64,000 bases of DNA from Steroidobacteraceae bacterium (GTDB lineage Bacteria > Pseudomonadota > Gammaproteobacteria > Steroidobacterales > Steroidobacteraceae). Positions 14,304 through 23,919 of this stretch are shown piece after piece. The stretch spans positions 612,366 through 676,365 of the forward strand of contig JASGLD010000001.1 of the NCBI GenBank assembly GCA_049840395.1, written 5' to 3'. The translations under genes and the position numbers were made by a program. Position 1 is the stretch's first letter. Each line of letters opens with the position of its first letter. The notes under the pieces were generated by a model. That model had not been told where the DNA came from. It was given only the letters and a program-made list of their open reading frames with translations, and did no database searches.

Positions 14304-16145
14304 ATGAACTCCGAGTTGAAAACAGTGGCAGAGGAATTGAATAACAGCGAAGCCGAGCAGGCCGCCGAGCAACAGGCGCTGGCCGAAGCCGTGGCTGCGC
14401 CCGTGCAAACCGAAATGCCCTTCGCCATGGTGGATGGTGAGCCGTACACCGAAGTGCCGAAGGATCTGTACATCCCACCGGATGCGCTGCAGGTATTTCT
14501 GGAAGCCTTCGAAGGTCCGCTGGATCTGTTGCTGTACCTCATCCGCAAACAGAACCTGGATATCCTCGATATCCCCATTGCCGAAATCACTCGGCAGTAC
14601 ATGGGCTATATCAATGTGATGGAAGACCTGCAGCTGGAGCTGGCGGGCGAGTATCTATTGATGGCGGCCATGTTGGCCGAAATCAAATCGCGCATGCTGC
14701 TGCCGCGCGCCAAGACCGAAGATGGCAAGGAAGAAGAAGATCCGCGCGCCGAACTGGTTCGTCGCCTGCAGGAATACGAACGTTTCAAGAAAGCCGCCGA
14801 CGATCTCGATCAGCTCAAGCGCATGGAACGCGATGTCATGCCGGCCGCCATCGAAATGGTGGAGCGGCGTGTGGTGCAGCTGCATCCGGAAGTCACGCTT
14901 ACCGAAATGCTCAAGGCCTTCGGCGAAGTGGTGCAGCGCTCTTCGCACTTCTCGCATCACCAAATTCAGCGTGAGCGGTTGTCTCAGCGTCAGCGCATGT
15001 CGGAAATTCTGTCGATTCTGGAAGGCACGGAATTCGTCGAGTTCATCCGTCTGTTCAAGCCGGAAGAAGGTCGCATGGGCGTGACCGTTACCTTCATCTC
15101 CATTCTGGAATTGATGAAGGAAGGTTTGCTGGACATCGTGCAGGCCGAACCCTATGCGCCGCTGCATGTACGTCGCGGCAGTGGCCGTCGCAATACCCAG
15201 ATGATGGATAACACCGCCGGCGATGCCGAAAACGAAGCGGCCCTGGCGCAGCCGGAATTGCCGGATGAGAACGTCATCGATGATGAAGACGATGGCGATG
15301 ACGAAGAAGAAACAGAAGCGTCTGCAGAGACTGAAGGCGCCGACATTGCAGCAGCCTCTGGCGATACCGTTGCTGAGAGTACTACTGAGGCGTCGAGTGA
15401 GTTGGCTGATGCACAGCTTGCTGAGATTGCGAATGACACGCCGGTCGTCGGCGAAATCCAGAATGTTGCTGAAGATGCATCGACTGAAGCAGTCAGTCAG
15501 GCATCAGCAAGCACTGAAGTGGTTGCGGACGATGCATTGACGACAGTTGCCAGCGACGTGGTTGCAACTGAAGCCGTTGTGACTGAACCAGCACCCGAAA
15601 CGGTGATTGAAGCAGTGACTGAGACTGCTGCGCCAATGACCGACGAAGAAGCGGAGCTGGCCGAACTGGCGCGGCAAATCGCGGAGCTTGAAGCCGAAGA
15701 AGAAGCTGAGCGTGCGGCGGCTGCCGCAGCTGCTGACGCTACCCTTGCTGAGAGCACCGCTGAGACGTCGAACGAATTGGCTGATGCGCAATTGGGTGAG
15801 GTTGTAAATGACGCGCCTGCCCTTGGCGAAACTCAGGATGTTGAGGAAGATGCATCGACAATCGTTGCAGCTGATGTCGCTGCAACTGAAACCGTTGTGA
15901 CTGAGTCGGTACCCGAAGCTGCGATTGAAACGATTGCAGAGGTAGTCCCGGAAACAGTTCCAGAGGCAACTGCAGTCACTGCTTCTGAAACAGCCTCTGA
16001 AGCAGTAACTGAGACCGCTGCGCCACAGATGACAGACGAAGAAGCGGAGCTGGCCGAGCTGGCGCGACAAATCGCGGAGCTGGAAGCCGAAGAAGAAGCT
16101 GAGCGTGCCGCCGCTGCGGCTGCTGCAGAAAACAAGACCAATTGA
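14304..16145 (+). CDS. scpA: Segregation and condensation protein A (ScpA) with a ~330-aa acidic tandem-repeat C-terminal extension
   Basis: N-terminal ~280 aa look like ScpA (LDLLLYLIRKQNLDI...). The C-terminal half is D/E/A/T-rich with two ~125-aa near-identical repeats, each ending TDEEAELAELARQIAELEAEEEAERAAAAAA. Confidence 0.8.
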   Translation: MNSELKTVAEELNNSEAEQAAEQQALAEAVAAPVQTEMPFAMVDGEPYTEVPKDLYIPPDALQVFLEAFEGPLDLLLYLIRKQNLDILDIPIAEITRQYMGYINVMEDLQLELAGEYLLMAAMLAEIKSRMLLPRAKTEDGKEEEDPRAELVRRLQEYERFKKAADDLDQLKRMERDVMPAAIEMVERRVVQLHPEVTLTEMLKAFGEVVQRSSHFSHHQIQRERLSQRQRMSEILSILEGTEFVEFIRLFKPEEGRMGVTVTFISILELMKEGLLDIVQAEPYAPLHVRRGSGRRNTQMMDNTAGDAENEAALAQPELPDENVIDDEDDGDDEEETEASAETEGADIAAASGDTVAESTTEASSELADAQLAEIANDTPVVGEIQNVAEDASTEAVSQASASTEVVADDALTTVASDVVATEAVVTEPAPETVIEAVTETAAPMTDEEAELAELARQIAELEAEEEAERAAAAAAADATLAESTAETSNELADAQLGEVVNDAPALGETQDVEEDASTIVAADVAATETVVTESVPEAAIETIAEVVPETVPEATAVTASETASEAVTETAAPQMTDEEAELAELARQIAELEAEEEAERAAAAAAAENKTN

Positions 16146-16189
16146 TCCGACCCGCGTCGGATCAATGATCGAAATTCAAGATGGAATGA

Positions 16190-17068
16190 TTGCTGATGAA
16201 TGAATTAGACATGAAATACCAGTTCGAAGCGGCCATCCTGGCGGCGGGACGACCGGTGACCACGCAGCAACTGTCCGAGTTGTTCGACGAGCGCGAACGG
16301 CCCAGTCTGGAGCAGGTGCTGAATGCCTTGCAGGCCTTGCGTGAGGATTACGAAAGCCGTGGGTTGTACTTGATTGAAGTGTCCAGCGGCTGGCGTATTC
16401 AAGTGCGCAGCAACTGCGTCGACTTCGTATCGCGTCTATGGCAGGAACGTCCATCGCGTTACTCGCGTGCACTGCTGGAAACGCTGGCATTGATTGCTTA
16501 TCGCCAACCGATTACGCGCGGTGAAATCGAAGAGATTCGCGGCGTGGCAGTGAGCAGCACCATCATGCGCACCCTGCATGATCGCAATTGGATTCGCATC
16601 GTGGGTCATCGTGAAGTGCCGGGTCGTCCTGAGTTGTTGGCGACCACCAAGGAATTCCTCGACTACTTCGGTTTGAAGAGCCTTGATCAATTGCCGACGC
16701 TGGCCGAATTGAAGGACGTGGAAACCATCGGCGTGCAGTTGGAATTCAATACCACTGACGCGGTGCCCGCTGCTAACGACGAAGTAGCAGATGCAATTGC
16801 CGGCGAAGAGGGCGTCAATACAGAAGGTCAGGAAGCCAGTGCTGATGCAGCCGGTGCCGAGGTGGCCAGCGCGGACGCAACTGATGCGGAAAGCGTAGAG
16901 GTTGAAGCGCCGGGTGCTGAAGCCGAGGTTGAGTCTGAAGCTGCTGCAGCAAAAGAAGTAACAGAGGAAGAGGCTGTTGCCGAAGAGGTTGAAGTGGCCG
17001 AAGCCTCTGCTGATACAGAAGGTGAAGCTTCTTCTGAAACCGAACCCGACTCCGAGTCGGTGCGCTAA
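16190..17068 (+). CDS. scpB: Segregation and condensation protein B (ScpB) with an acidic C-terminal tail
   Basis: Two winged-helix repeats (ALIAYRQPITRGEIEEIRGV...) and a ~100-aa E/A/D-rich tail. Confidence 0.85.
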   Translation: MLMNELDMKYQFEAAILAAGRPVTTQQLSELFDERERPSLEQVLNALQALREDYESRGLYLIEVSSGWRIQVRSNCVDFVSRLWQERPSRYSRALLETLALIAYRQPITRGEIEEIRGVAVSSTIMRTLHDRNWIRIVGHREVPGRPELLATTKEFLDYFGLKSLDQLPTLAELKDVETIGVQLEFNTTDAVPAANDEVADAIAGEEGVNTEGQEASADAAGAEVASADATDAESVEVEAPGAEAEVESEAAAAKEVTEEEAVAEEVEVAEASADTEGEASSETEPDSESVR

Positions 17069-17071
17069 CGC

Positions 17072-18187
17072 ATGTCCGAACGTCTACACAAAGTACTGGC
17101 GCAGCATGGCATCGGTTCGCGCCGTGAAGTGGAGCGTTGGATCGCCGAAGGTCGTTTGCAGATCAATGGCGTGATCGCCAAGACCGGCGACCGTTATGTG
17201 GCCGGGGATAGCGTGCAGCTGGATGGCAGAGAAGTCGGCAAGCGTCTCGGTCACAGCGTCAGCGCGCAGGTGCTCGCCTATCACAAGCCGCAAGGCCAAC
17301 CCATTGAGCGTCCAGCTGCCAATCAAACAGATCAACCTGCCGAAGACATTGCCGAATCGGTGATGGAGCGTTTGCCCGTGCAGCGCGGTTCGCGCTGGGT
17401 GGCGATCAACCCCATGCATCCGGGCGATAGCGGCTTGCTGCTATTCACCAACGATGGCGCGCTGTCCTATGCGTTGACGCGCCAGAAGAAACAGATTCCT
17501 ACTACTTATATGGTGCGCGTGCACGTGCGTGGCGGTATAGCGTCTGCGCCGACCTTGCCGACTACTTTGCAATTGGACGATGGCAAGGTTGAGTTCGATG
17601 AAGTGTCGGTGAGCAGCAGTGCGCCCGAAGGTGGCGAGAGTGAGACCGGCAACATCTGGTACAAGGTGGTCATGCCGCGCGCCGATAAACGCGCTGCGGT
17701 GCGCGCGTTGTTCGTCAGTCATGGGTTGACGGTGAGTCGCATGATGCAGGTGGCGTTTGCCGACATCGAGCTGACCAAGGAGATGCCGCGTGCACGGCAT
17801 CTGTCGCTCAAGCCAACACAACTGGCCAGCTTGTATGCCTTGGCGAAGTTGCCGGTGCCGGTGCAAGAGGGCGCGCGTCCAGCGCGAACGAAGCGAGTCG
17901 CCGATGGTGAATATGACGAGCGCGATGAGGCAGCACCGAATACTAAGACCGGGGCTAGGGGGAAGCGGCCAACATACACAGCGGAACAGGCGCGTGCAGC
18001 TACGCGTGCAAGACCCGCTGCTGCTGGCGTCGAAGCAGCCAGTAACCCTCGCGCACCACAACAGCGCGCCGAGTTGCGCCGACGTGCCGGTGGCGGTTCT
18101 AATCGTCCTTCACGTCCAGGTGCGTCGCGTCCCAGCTCACCACGTTCTGGTCCATCACGCTCGGGGCCACGCAAGCCATCCCGGTAA
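17072..18187 (+). CDS. rluB: 23S rRNA pseudouridine synthase RluB with a basic R/P/S-rich C-terminal tail
   Basis: S4 domain (RLHKVLAQHGIGSRREVERWIAEGRL) and an RsuA-family catalytic region (HPGDSGLLLFTNDG). Its start is 4 bp after scpB. Confidence 0.85.
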   Translation: MSERLHKVLAQHGIGSRREVERWIAEGRLQINGVIAKTGDRYVAGDSVQLDGREVGKRLGHSVSAQVLAYHKPQGQPIERPAANQTDQPAEDIAESVMERLPVQRGSRWVAINPMHPGDSGLLLFTNDGALSYALTRQKKQIPTTYMVRVHVRGGIASAPTLPTTLQLDDGKVEFDEVSVSSSAPEGGESETGNIWYKVVMPRADKRAAVRALFVSHGLTVSRMMQVAFADIELTKEMPRARHLSLKPTQLASLYALAKLPVPVQEGARPARTKRVADGEYDERDEAAPNTKTGARGKRPTYTAEQARAATRARPAAAGVEAASNPRAPQQRAELRRRAGGGSNRPSRPGASRPSSPRSGPSRSGPRKPSR

Positions 18188-18353
18188 AGTCGAAGAGCCA
18201 GTCTTAATGGGGTGGTTAGAGAGCCGGCCCAAGAGATTGGCTGAATAGTTAACTAGCGCCCATTTCGAAACAATGGCGCTGGTTATATTGCAATCTGGTA
18301 TGCGCATGGCACGCGCAAGCGTCGAGCGTCCTGCGTCAACGTAGCAAAGCTAA

Positions 18354-19214
18354 TTGGTAGTTCATATGCAGCGTTTCGTTCTGACCCTGTCCTGTCCCGA
18401 TCGCACCGGTATTGTGGCTGCGGTGGCCAACTTTCTACTCGAACGGCAATTCAACATTGTCGACAGCGCTCAGTTCTGCGATGCCGCGAACAAGCTGTTC
18501 TTCATGCGTGTGTGCTTTGAGCCTGAAGGCAGTACTCAGGTTGGCGATGTCCGTACTTTATTTACACCCATTGCGCAGCGCTTCGCCATGCAATGGTCGA
18601 TGAACGATATGGCGGTCAAGCACCGCGTCATGTTGCTGGTGTCCAAGTTCGGTCACTGCTTGAACGACCTGCTGTATCGCTATCGTATCGGCGCGCTGCC
18701 CATCGAGATTCCGGCCATCGTGTCCAACCATCGCGATTTTTATCAGCAGGCGGCTGCGCACAATATTCCCTTTCACTACCTGCCGGTAGACAAGGGCAAC
18801 AAGGAAAAACAGGAAGGCAAGTTGCTGGAATTGTTCCAGGAAGAGCGCTGTGATCTGGTGGTGCTGGCGCGTTACATGCAAATTCTTTCGCCCAATCTAT
18901 GCACGCAGTTGAAAGAACGCGCCATCAACATTCATCACTCCTTTCTGCCCAGCTTCCAGGGTGCCAAGCCTTATCAGCAGGCGCATGACCGTGGCGTGAA
19001 ATTGATCGGAGCTACCGCCCACTACGTGACGGCCGATCTGGATGAAGGTCCGATCATCGAACAGGACGTATCACGCGTCGATCACGCCATGAGCGTGGAA
19101 GACTGCGCCGCTGCCGGTCGTGATGTGGAGTGCGCTGTGCTGGCGCGTGCCGTGAAGTGGCATGTCGAACACCGCATTCTTTTGAACGGTAATCGTACCG
19201 TGGTGTTCAAGTAG
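18354..19214 (+). CDS. purU: Formyltetrahydrofolate deformylase PurU
   Basis: N-terminal ACT domain and a formyltransferase domain (HHSFLPSFQGAKPYQQA). Confidence 0.88.
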   Translation: MVVHMQRFVLTLSCPDRTGIVAAVANFLLERQFNIVDSAQFCDAANKLFFMRVCFEPEGSTQVGDVRTLFTPIAQRFAMQWSMNDMAVKHRVMLLVSKFGHCLNDLLYRYRIGALPIEIPAIVSNHRDFYQQAAAHNIPFHYLPVDKGNKEKQEGKLLELFQEERCDLVVLARYMQILSPNLCTQLKERAINIHHSFLPSFQGAKPYQQAHDRGVKLIGATAHYVTADLDEGPIIEQDVSRVDHAMSVEDCAAAGRDVECAVLARAVKWHVEHRILLNGNRTVVFK

Positions 19215-19227
19215 CAGTTGCACGATG

Positions 19228-19258
19228 GCTACGCTGCCCTTCTCGGCAGCGTAGCTTT
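19228..19258. terminator. Bidirectional hairpin terminator between purU and a convergent gene
   Basis: GCTACGCTGCC-CTTCTC-GGCAGCGTAGC followed by TTT. Confidence 0.55.
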
Positions 19259-19266
19259 AGCCGCGA

Positions 19267-19854
19267 CTAAGGAGTAGTCGTTGGCGTGGCAGCAGGGGCC
19301 GCTGCATCATTTACAATCGCGCCGGTATACCACCACTCGACGATCTTGCCGTTCTCAACGCGAATGATGTTGCCGCCGAAGGTGCGCGCGGGATCGACAT
19401 TGGGATCGGTGTTGGCCTTGCCACCCGATATAAACACCAGATCGCCATCGGCAATCAGAAACAGTTTGGTCTGCATCGGCTTGGGTGCAGGCTTGCCCTT
19501 GCCGTTTGCTTTCAAGCGCGCTTCCAGCCAATCCACCAATGCCTGTGCGCCGACTTTCGGCTCTGCCGGATCGTGATTACGAAAATCAGCGGCCATATAT
19601 TTTGGCCAATTCTGAAAGTTGCCCTTGTTCCAAAAATCATCGTGCCACGCCAGCACCAGACGTTTGTTGGCTTCTTCCTTCGCCGTATCGGGTTTGCCGG
19701 AGGGAATCATGATCAAAGAGTTATCGACAATCTCTGGCTTTGCCTTGGTTTGATTCTGCAGTTTGCTCAGATCAACGGTCTGTGCGGTGACTGACGTGGC
19801 AAACGCAAATAAGACAGTTCCGAACAGCGAAATGCTACTGCTGGATGGATTCAT
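19267..19854 (-). CDS. Secreted NTF2/SnoaL-like (ester cyclase-like) protein
   Basis: Signal peptide (LFGTVLFAFATSVTAQT) and an NTF2-like core (LVLAWHDDFWNKGNF...). Confidence 0.6.
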   Translation of the reverse strand: MNPSSSSISLFGTVLFAFATSVTAQTVDLSKLQNQTKAKPEIVDNSLIMIPSGKPDTAKEEANKRLVLAWHDDFWNKGNFQNWPKYMAADFRNHDPAEPKVGAQALVDWLEARLKANGKGKPAPKPMQTKLFLIADGDLVFISGGKANTDPNVDPARTFGGNIIRVENGKIVEWWYTGAIVNDAAAPAATPTTTP

Positions 19855-20131
19855 GATGTCTCCGATGAAACGAATGGGTGACGATGGCAACGCTGGTGAA
19901 GGCAACGTGAGGACTCATCATTGCCATACATCAGCGTAATGAGTATTCGAATCCATTGCACTGGTTGAATGCGCGATGTATCGCGCTCTGGTGCGAAAAG
20001 GCAGCAACACCCATTCAGTGAAAAAATAGTGACGCATGGCAATCGTCAGTTCGACTGACTCACGATATGAGCTCGAAGAACAAGCAACGGCGTCATCTAT
20101 TTTTAGCCGTTTAAGTTTTGGCCGCTCAAGC

Positions 20132-21610
20132 TCAACGTGGATGCAACCATTTCGGCAGAAAGCCATACGGATCGGAAATTTTTTCCTGCAAAGCAATATT
20201 CACTGCCAGCAGCCGTTGGTTCAATTGCCCGCTGATGGCTTCATCGAAAATGTCGGTGCAGCCGCCGACAAATTCGCTGCCGATAAATATCTGCGGCAGT
20301 GTGTTCCAGCCGGTGTGGGCACGCAATGCTGCACGCAGGACGCTGCCGTGATTGTTTCGTTGATACTCCACCGAATCGAGATCGACGCTGCGATAGGGGA
20401 TTTCGTAGCGCGCGAATAGTTTGCGCACCGACCAACAAAACTCACACCACTCCAAGGCGAATAACACCACGGGTTGCTGCTTATCCGTGATCAACGTTTG
20501 CAGTTCCTCGCGGACACTTGCATCTATTGTTTCGTTTGGCGCTGCGGCTGCAGGGGTTCCCTTGCTATCGAAACGATAACCGGGCGTTGAACGTGAGATG
20601 GCCACTTCCTCGTCGGTCATGGTTTCGGGCACGTCGGCAAACAAGGGTGTGCTCATGTAGCGCTCACCCGTATCCGGCAACATGCACAGAATGGTGCTGC
20701 CGGCCGGTGCTTCTCTCGCTACCTGCAAGGCGCCGGCAAAAGTGGCGCCGGAAGAAGTGCCGACAAACAGGCCTTCCTGTTGCGCCAAGTCACGCGCACA
20801 ACGCATGGCATCGTTGCCATTGATGGGAATGAAGCGATCGATGCGCGCTTCCTTGATGGCTTCTTCGGCAATGCCGGGAATGAAATCCGGCGACCAGCCT
20901 TGCATGAGATGCGGCCGAAAATTGGGATGGCTGCCCTGCGGCGAGCCATCGCTATTGCGCGCCTGTGCAATACCGCTGGCGAGCATGACGGAGTTGTCGG
21001 GTTCGCACACCACGATCTGGGTGTTCGGGCTTTTCTGTCTAAGCACACGCGACACGCCGCTTAATGTGCCGGCAGTGCCGAAGCCGGAGACCCAGTAATC
21101 CAGCGGTAGATCTTCGAAGGCTTGCAGGATTTCCACCGCAGTGGTTCTGGCATGGGTGTCCGGATTGGCCGGGTTCTCGAATTGCTTGGGTTGCCACCAG
21201 CCATGTTGTTGCGCCAGCTCGGTAGCCTTGGCGACCATGCCCGAGCCTTTTTCCGCGGCAGGCGTCAACACGACCTTGGCGCCCAGGAAGCGCATCATCT
21301 TGCGACGTTCAATGCTAAAGCTCTCCGCCATCACCACCACCAGCGGATAACCCTTCTGCGCACACACCATCGCCAGGCCGATGCCGGTGTTGCCGCTGGT
21401 GGCTTCAACAACAGTCTGTCCGGGTTTCAGTACGCCGCGACGCTCGGCATCTTCGATCACGCCCAGGGCCAGGCGATCCTTCACCGACCCCATGGGATTG
21501 AAGGATTCCACTTTGACGAATAGTTGCACGTGGCTGGGCGCCAGCTTGTTGATGCGGATCACCGGCGTATTGCCGATGGTTTGCAGAATGTTGTCGTAGC
21601 GCTGTTTCAT
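20132..21610 (-). CDS. PLP-dependent cysteine synthase/CBS-like enzyme fused to a C-terminal glutaredoxin-like domain
   Basis: N-terminal CysK fold with PLP Lys (FNPMGSVKDR) and a Gly-rich loop (TSGNTGIGLA). The C-terminus resembles Grx (WCEFC ... TLPQIFIGSEFVGGCTD). Confidence 0.8.
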   Translation of the reverse strand: MKQRYDNILQTIGNTPVIRINKLAPSHVQLFVKVESFNPMGSVKDRLALGVIEDAERRGVLKPGQTVVEATSGNTGIGLAMVCAQKGYPLVVVMAESFSIERRKMMRFLGAKVVLTPAAEKGSGMVAKATELAQQHGWWQPKQFENPANPDTHARTTAVEILQAFEDLPLDYWVSGFGTAGTLSGVSRVLRQKSPNTQIVVCEPDNSVMLASGIAQARNSDGSPQGSHPNFRPHLMQGWSPDFIPGIAEEAIKEARIDRFIPINGNDAMRCARDLAQQEGLFVGTSSGATFAGALQVAREAPAGSTILCMLPDTGERYMSTPLFADVPETMTDEEVAISRSTPGYRFDSKGTPAAAAPNETIDASVREELQTLITDKQQPVVLFALEWCEFCWSVRKLFARYEIPYRSVDLDSVEYQRNNHGSVLRAALRAHTGWNTLPQIFIGSEFVGGCTDIFDEAISGQLNQRLLAVNIALQEKISDPYGFLPKWLHPR

Positions 21611-21643
21611 AGGTCATTCCTGATCTTTTCATTTCGCGTTCTT

Positions 21644-21670
21644 GTAGGTCGGGTTTCAACCCGACCTACA
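21644..21670. repeat. REP hairpin (TGTAGGTCGGG...CCCGACCTACA family)
   Basis: Perfect inverted repeat TGTAGGTCGGGTTT-CAA-CCCGACCTACA. Confidence 0.65.
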
Positions 21671-21831
21671 AGAAGATTTCCTAACCACCATGCAATGGCT
21701 CAATCCAATCGCCGTACAAAGCAATGGCGATAATTATGGACCGGCCTTTGCCGGAAAAGGAGGCGATGAAAATGAGCTTCATCGCCTCCGGATCCTCACA
21801 GAATCAAGCCCAGCTCAAAAGCCAGTGCCGT

Positions 21832-22128
21832 TCAAGCCACCTGCGCCAGCTTGTCGCGGCGTTCGGTAGTCGGATCGATCATGGTCAGTACTTCGTATAC
21901 GCGCGTGGCCGGGAAGCCGCTGATACGGGCATGCTCATGCACCTGGCTCTCGTCCTCGGCCAGGTAGATGCAAAAAGTACGGTCCGCCGCGACATAGGAA
22001 TGCACCCACTGCACCTTGGGCGCCAATTGCGCCAGGGCCTTGTTGGAAGTGGCGGCCGCGCCCGACAGCTCGCGGTCGTTCAAGCGGCCGACGCCGTCGA
22101 TCTTTCTCTCGATAACAAACTTCTTCAT
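21832..22128 (-). CDS. DUF4242-like small protein; start at internal Met MKKFVIERK
   Basis: ~98 aa with the pattern KVQWVHSYV...DRTFCIY.A.DE..V.EHAR..GFPA, typical of the DUF4242 family. Confidence 0.6.
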   Translation of the reverse strand: MKKFVIERKIDGVGRLNDRELSGAAATSNKALAQLAPKVQWVHSYVAADRTFCIYLAEDESQVHEHARISGFPATRVYEVLTMIDPTTERRDKLAQVA

Positions 22129-22316
22129 GACAGACTCCTGCGTTTCGTTGACGGCGGTAAATGCCGTGGTGGAAACGATAGCCGTGCCGGCCGTGCCTAA
22201 CTTGTACTGAAGCTGGATTAACTTGGAGAAGAGGCTGCGAAAGCGGTCGATAGTTGGAGCGATACGCTGATTCGTACACAATAGTCCGGTCACTGTAAGC
22301 CGAAATAATTCTCTGA

Positions 22317-23906
22317 TTGGCAATGGAGCGGGCGCGAGCGATGTCCGAAATTTACCGATTTGCAGGGCTGGAGCTGGATACCTCCCGATTTCAAGTGCGT
22401 CGCGCCGGCAAGGCCCTGTCGGTGCAGCCGCAGGTATTCGATGTGTTGCACTACTTGATTGCCCATCACGACCGCATCGTTTCCAAGGATGAATTACTCG
22501 ATAAAGTCTGGCAGCGTCGCTTCGTTTCCGAAGCCACCCTCAGCAGCCGCATCAAAGCCGTGCGGCAATTGATCGGCGACACCGGCAAGCAGCAGGGTTT
22601 GCTGCTGACCCTGCGCAATCGCGGTTTTCGCTATGTGGGACCGGTGGAGGCGGAATTGCAGGATGCACGTCGAATCGCCTCTGCGGCCGCAGCATCCAAC
22701 CAGCCCATCCATCCGCCCACCAGCATTGCAGTACTGCCGTTTGAAATAATGGGCGACAACACCGACCGCGCCTATCTGGGGCAGGGTATGGCCGCCGACA
22801 TCATTGCACTGCTGGCGCGCCATCAATGGCTCACGGTGATTGCGCGGGGTTCGAGTTTTGCCGTCGATGTGCATGCAACGCCGCAACAGGTGGGCGCCAT
22901 CCTGGGCGTGGGTTACCTGCTCTCCGGTCGAATTCGCGGGCGGGATACTACTGGTCGCATCGACGCCGAGTTGGTGGATTGCGATAGCGGGCGATTGTTA
23001 TGGAATCAGAGCTACGCCATCGAGAATGAAAACATCCAGGGAGTACTGGAAGAAATCTCGCAACAGATCGCGGCCACCATCGAACCCAAGCTGGCGCAGA
23101 TTGAGCGTCAGAAAACCGAACGTAAGAAGCCCGAGGATTTTCAGGCCTGGGATTGTTGTCATCAGGCCTTCTGGCATTTGTATCGCTTCACCGCCGATGA
23201 TCTGTACATCGCCAAAGATTGGTTTGCCAAGGCGTTGGCTGCAGATCGTAATCTGGCTCGCGCGCATGCAGGTCTGTCTTATGCGGCATTGCAACTGGCG
23301 TTCTATGGTAACGCCTCCCAGCGTAGTGCAGAGTTGCAGCGGGCGTTAAGCGAAGCGCAGATTGCGGTGGCGCTGGAACCGCAGGATGCTTTCAATCGTT
23401 TTGCATTAGGCCGTGCCTTGAGCCTGCTATGTCGCTATCCGGAAGCGCAGGCGGAGTTAGAGCAAGCCATCGAAGCCAATCGCAGTTTTGCTCAGGCTTA
23501 TTTCGCGCTGGCCTTTTGCTTTACCGTTTGGGACAAGCCCGCCCTGGCCCTGCCGTTGTATGAAAAGGCAGTGCATCTCAGTCCGCAAGACCCGCATCTA
23601 TGGACCTTTCATCACATGCGCAGCATGGCGTTGTTCCGTCTGGATCGGCTCGAAGCAGCGGAAGATTTTGTACGCGCGGCGGTCAGGCAGCAGGCCGCTA
23701 CCTACTGGCCGCTGGCTACCTTGTGCGCAGTGCTGGCAGAGAAAGGTTTTATTGAAGAAGCCAAGGCAGTGGGCGATCGCCTGTGCAAGCTCAAACCCGG
23801 TTACAGCCTGGCCTATGCCCGGCAGGATTTTTTCTTCATGTGTGCGCCGGAGTTTGTAGATCGATACCTGGGCAATCTGGCGCTGGCAGGTATCCCTGCG
23901 AATTGA
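22317..23906 (+). CDS. Winged-helix (OmpR/CadC-type DNA-binding domain) transcriptional regulator with a C-terminal TPR region
   Basis: N-terminal trans_reg_C-like domain (LSVQPQVFDVLHYLIAHHDRIVSKDELLDKVW) and C-terminal TPR-like repeats. Confidence 0.75.
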   Translation: MAMERARAMSEIYRFAGLELDTSRFQVRRAGKALSVQPQVFDVLHYLIAHHDRIVSKDELLDKVWQRRFVSEATLSSRIKAVRQLIGDTGKQQGLLLTLRNRGFRYVGPVEAELQDARRIASAAAASNQPIHPPTSIAVLPFEIMGDNTDRAYLGQGMAADIIALLARHQWLTVIARGSSFAVDVHATPQQVGAILGVGYLLSGRIRGRDTTGRIDAELVDCDSGRLLWNQSYAIENENIQGVLEEISQQIAATIEPKLAQIERQKTERKKPEDFQAWDCCHQAFWHLYRFTADDLYIAKDWFAKALAADRNLARAHAGLSYAALQLAFYGNASQRSAELQRALSEAQIAVALEPQDAFNRFALGRALSLLCRYPEAQAELEQAIEANRSFAQAYFALAFCFTVWDKPALALPLYEKAVHLSPQDPHLWTFHHMRSMALFRLDRLEAAEDFVRAAVRQQAATYWPLATLCAVLAEKGFIEEAKAVGDRLCKLKPGYSLAYARQDFFFMCAPEFVDRYLGNLALAGIPAN

Positions 23907-23919
23907 AGCAGCAGTTGCA

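Noticed and set aside
15504-16165. Minus-strand ORFs inside the ScpA acidic repeat region (15504..16070, 15833..16165)
   Set aside because: They are S/A-rich mirror translations of the GAA/GCN-rich sense strand. The sense ORF is continuous with a bona fide ScpA N-terminus.
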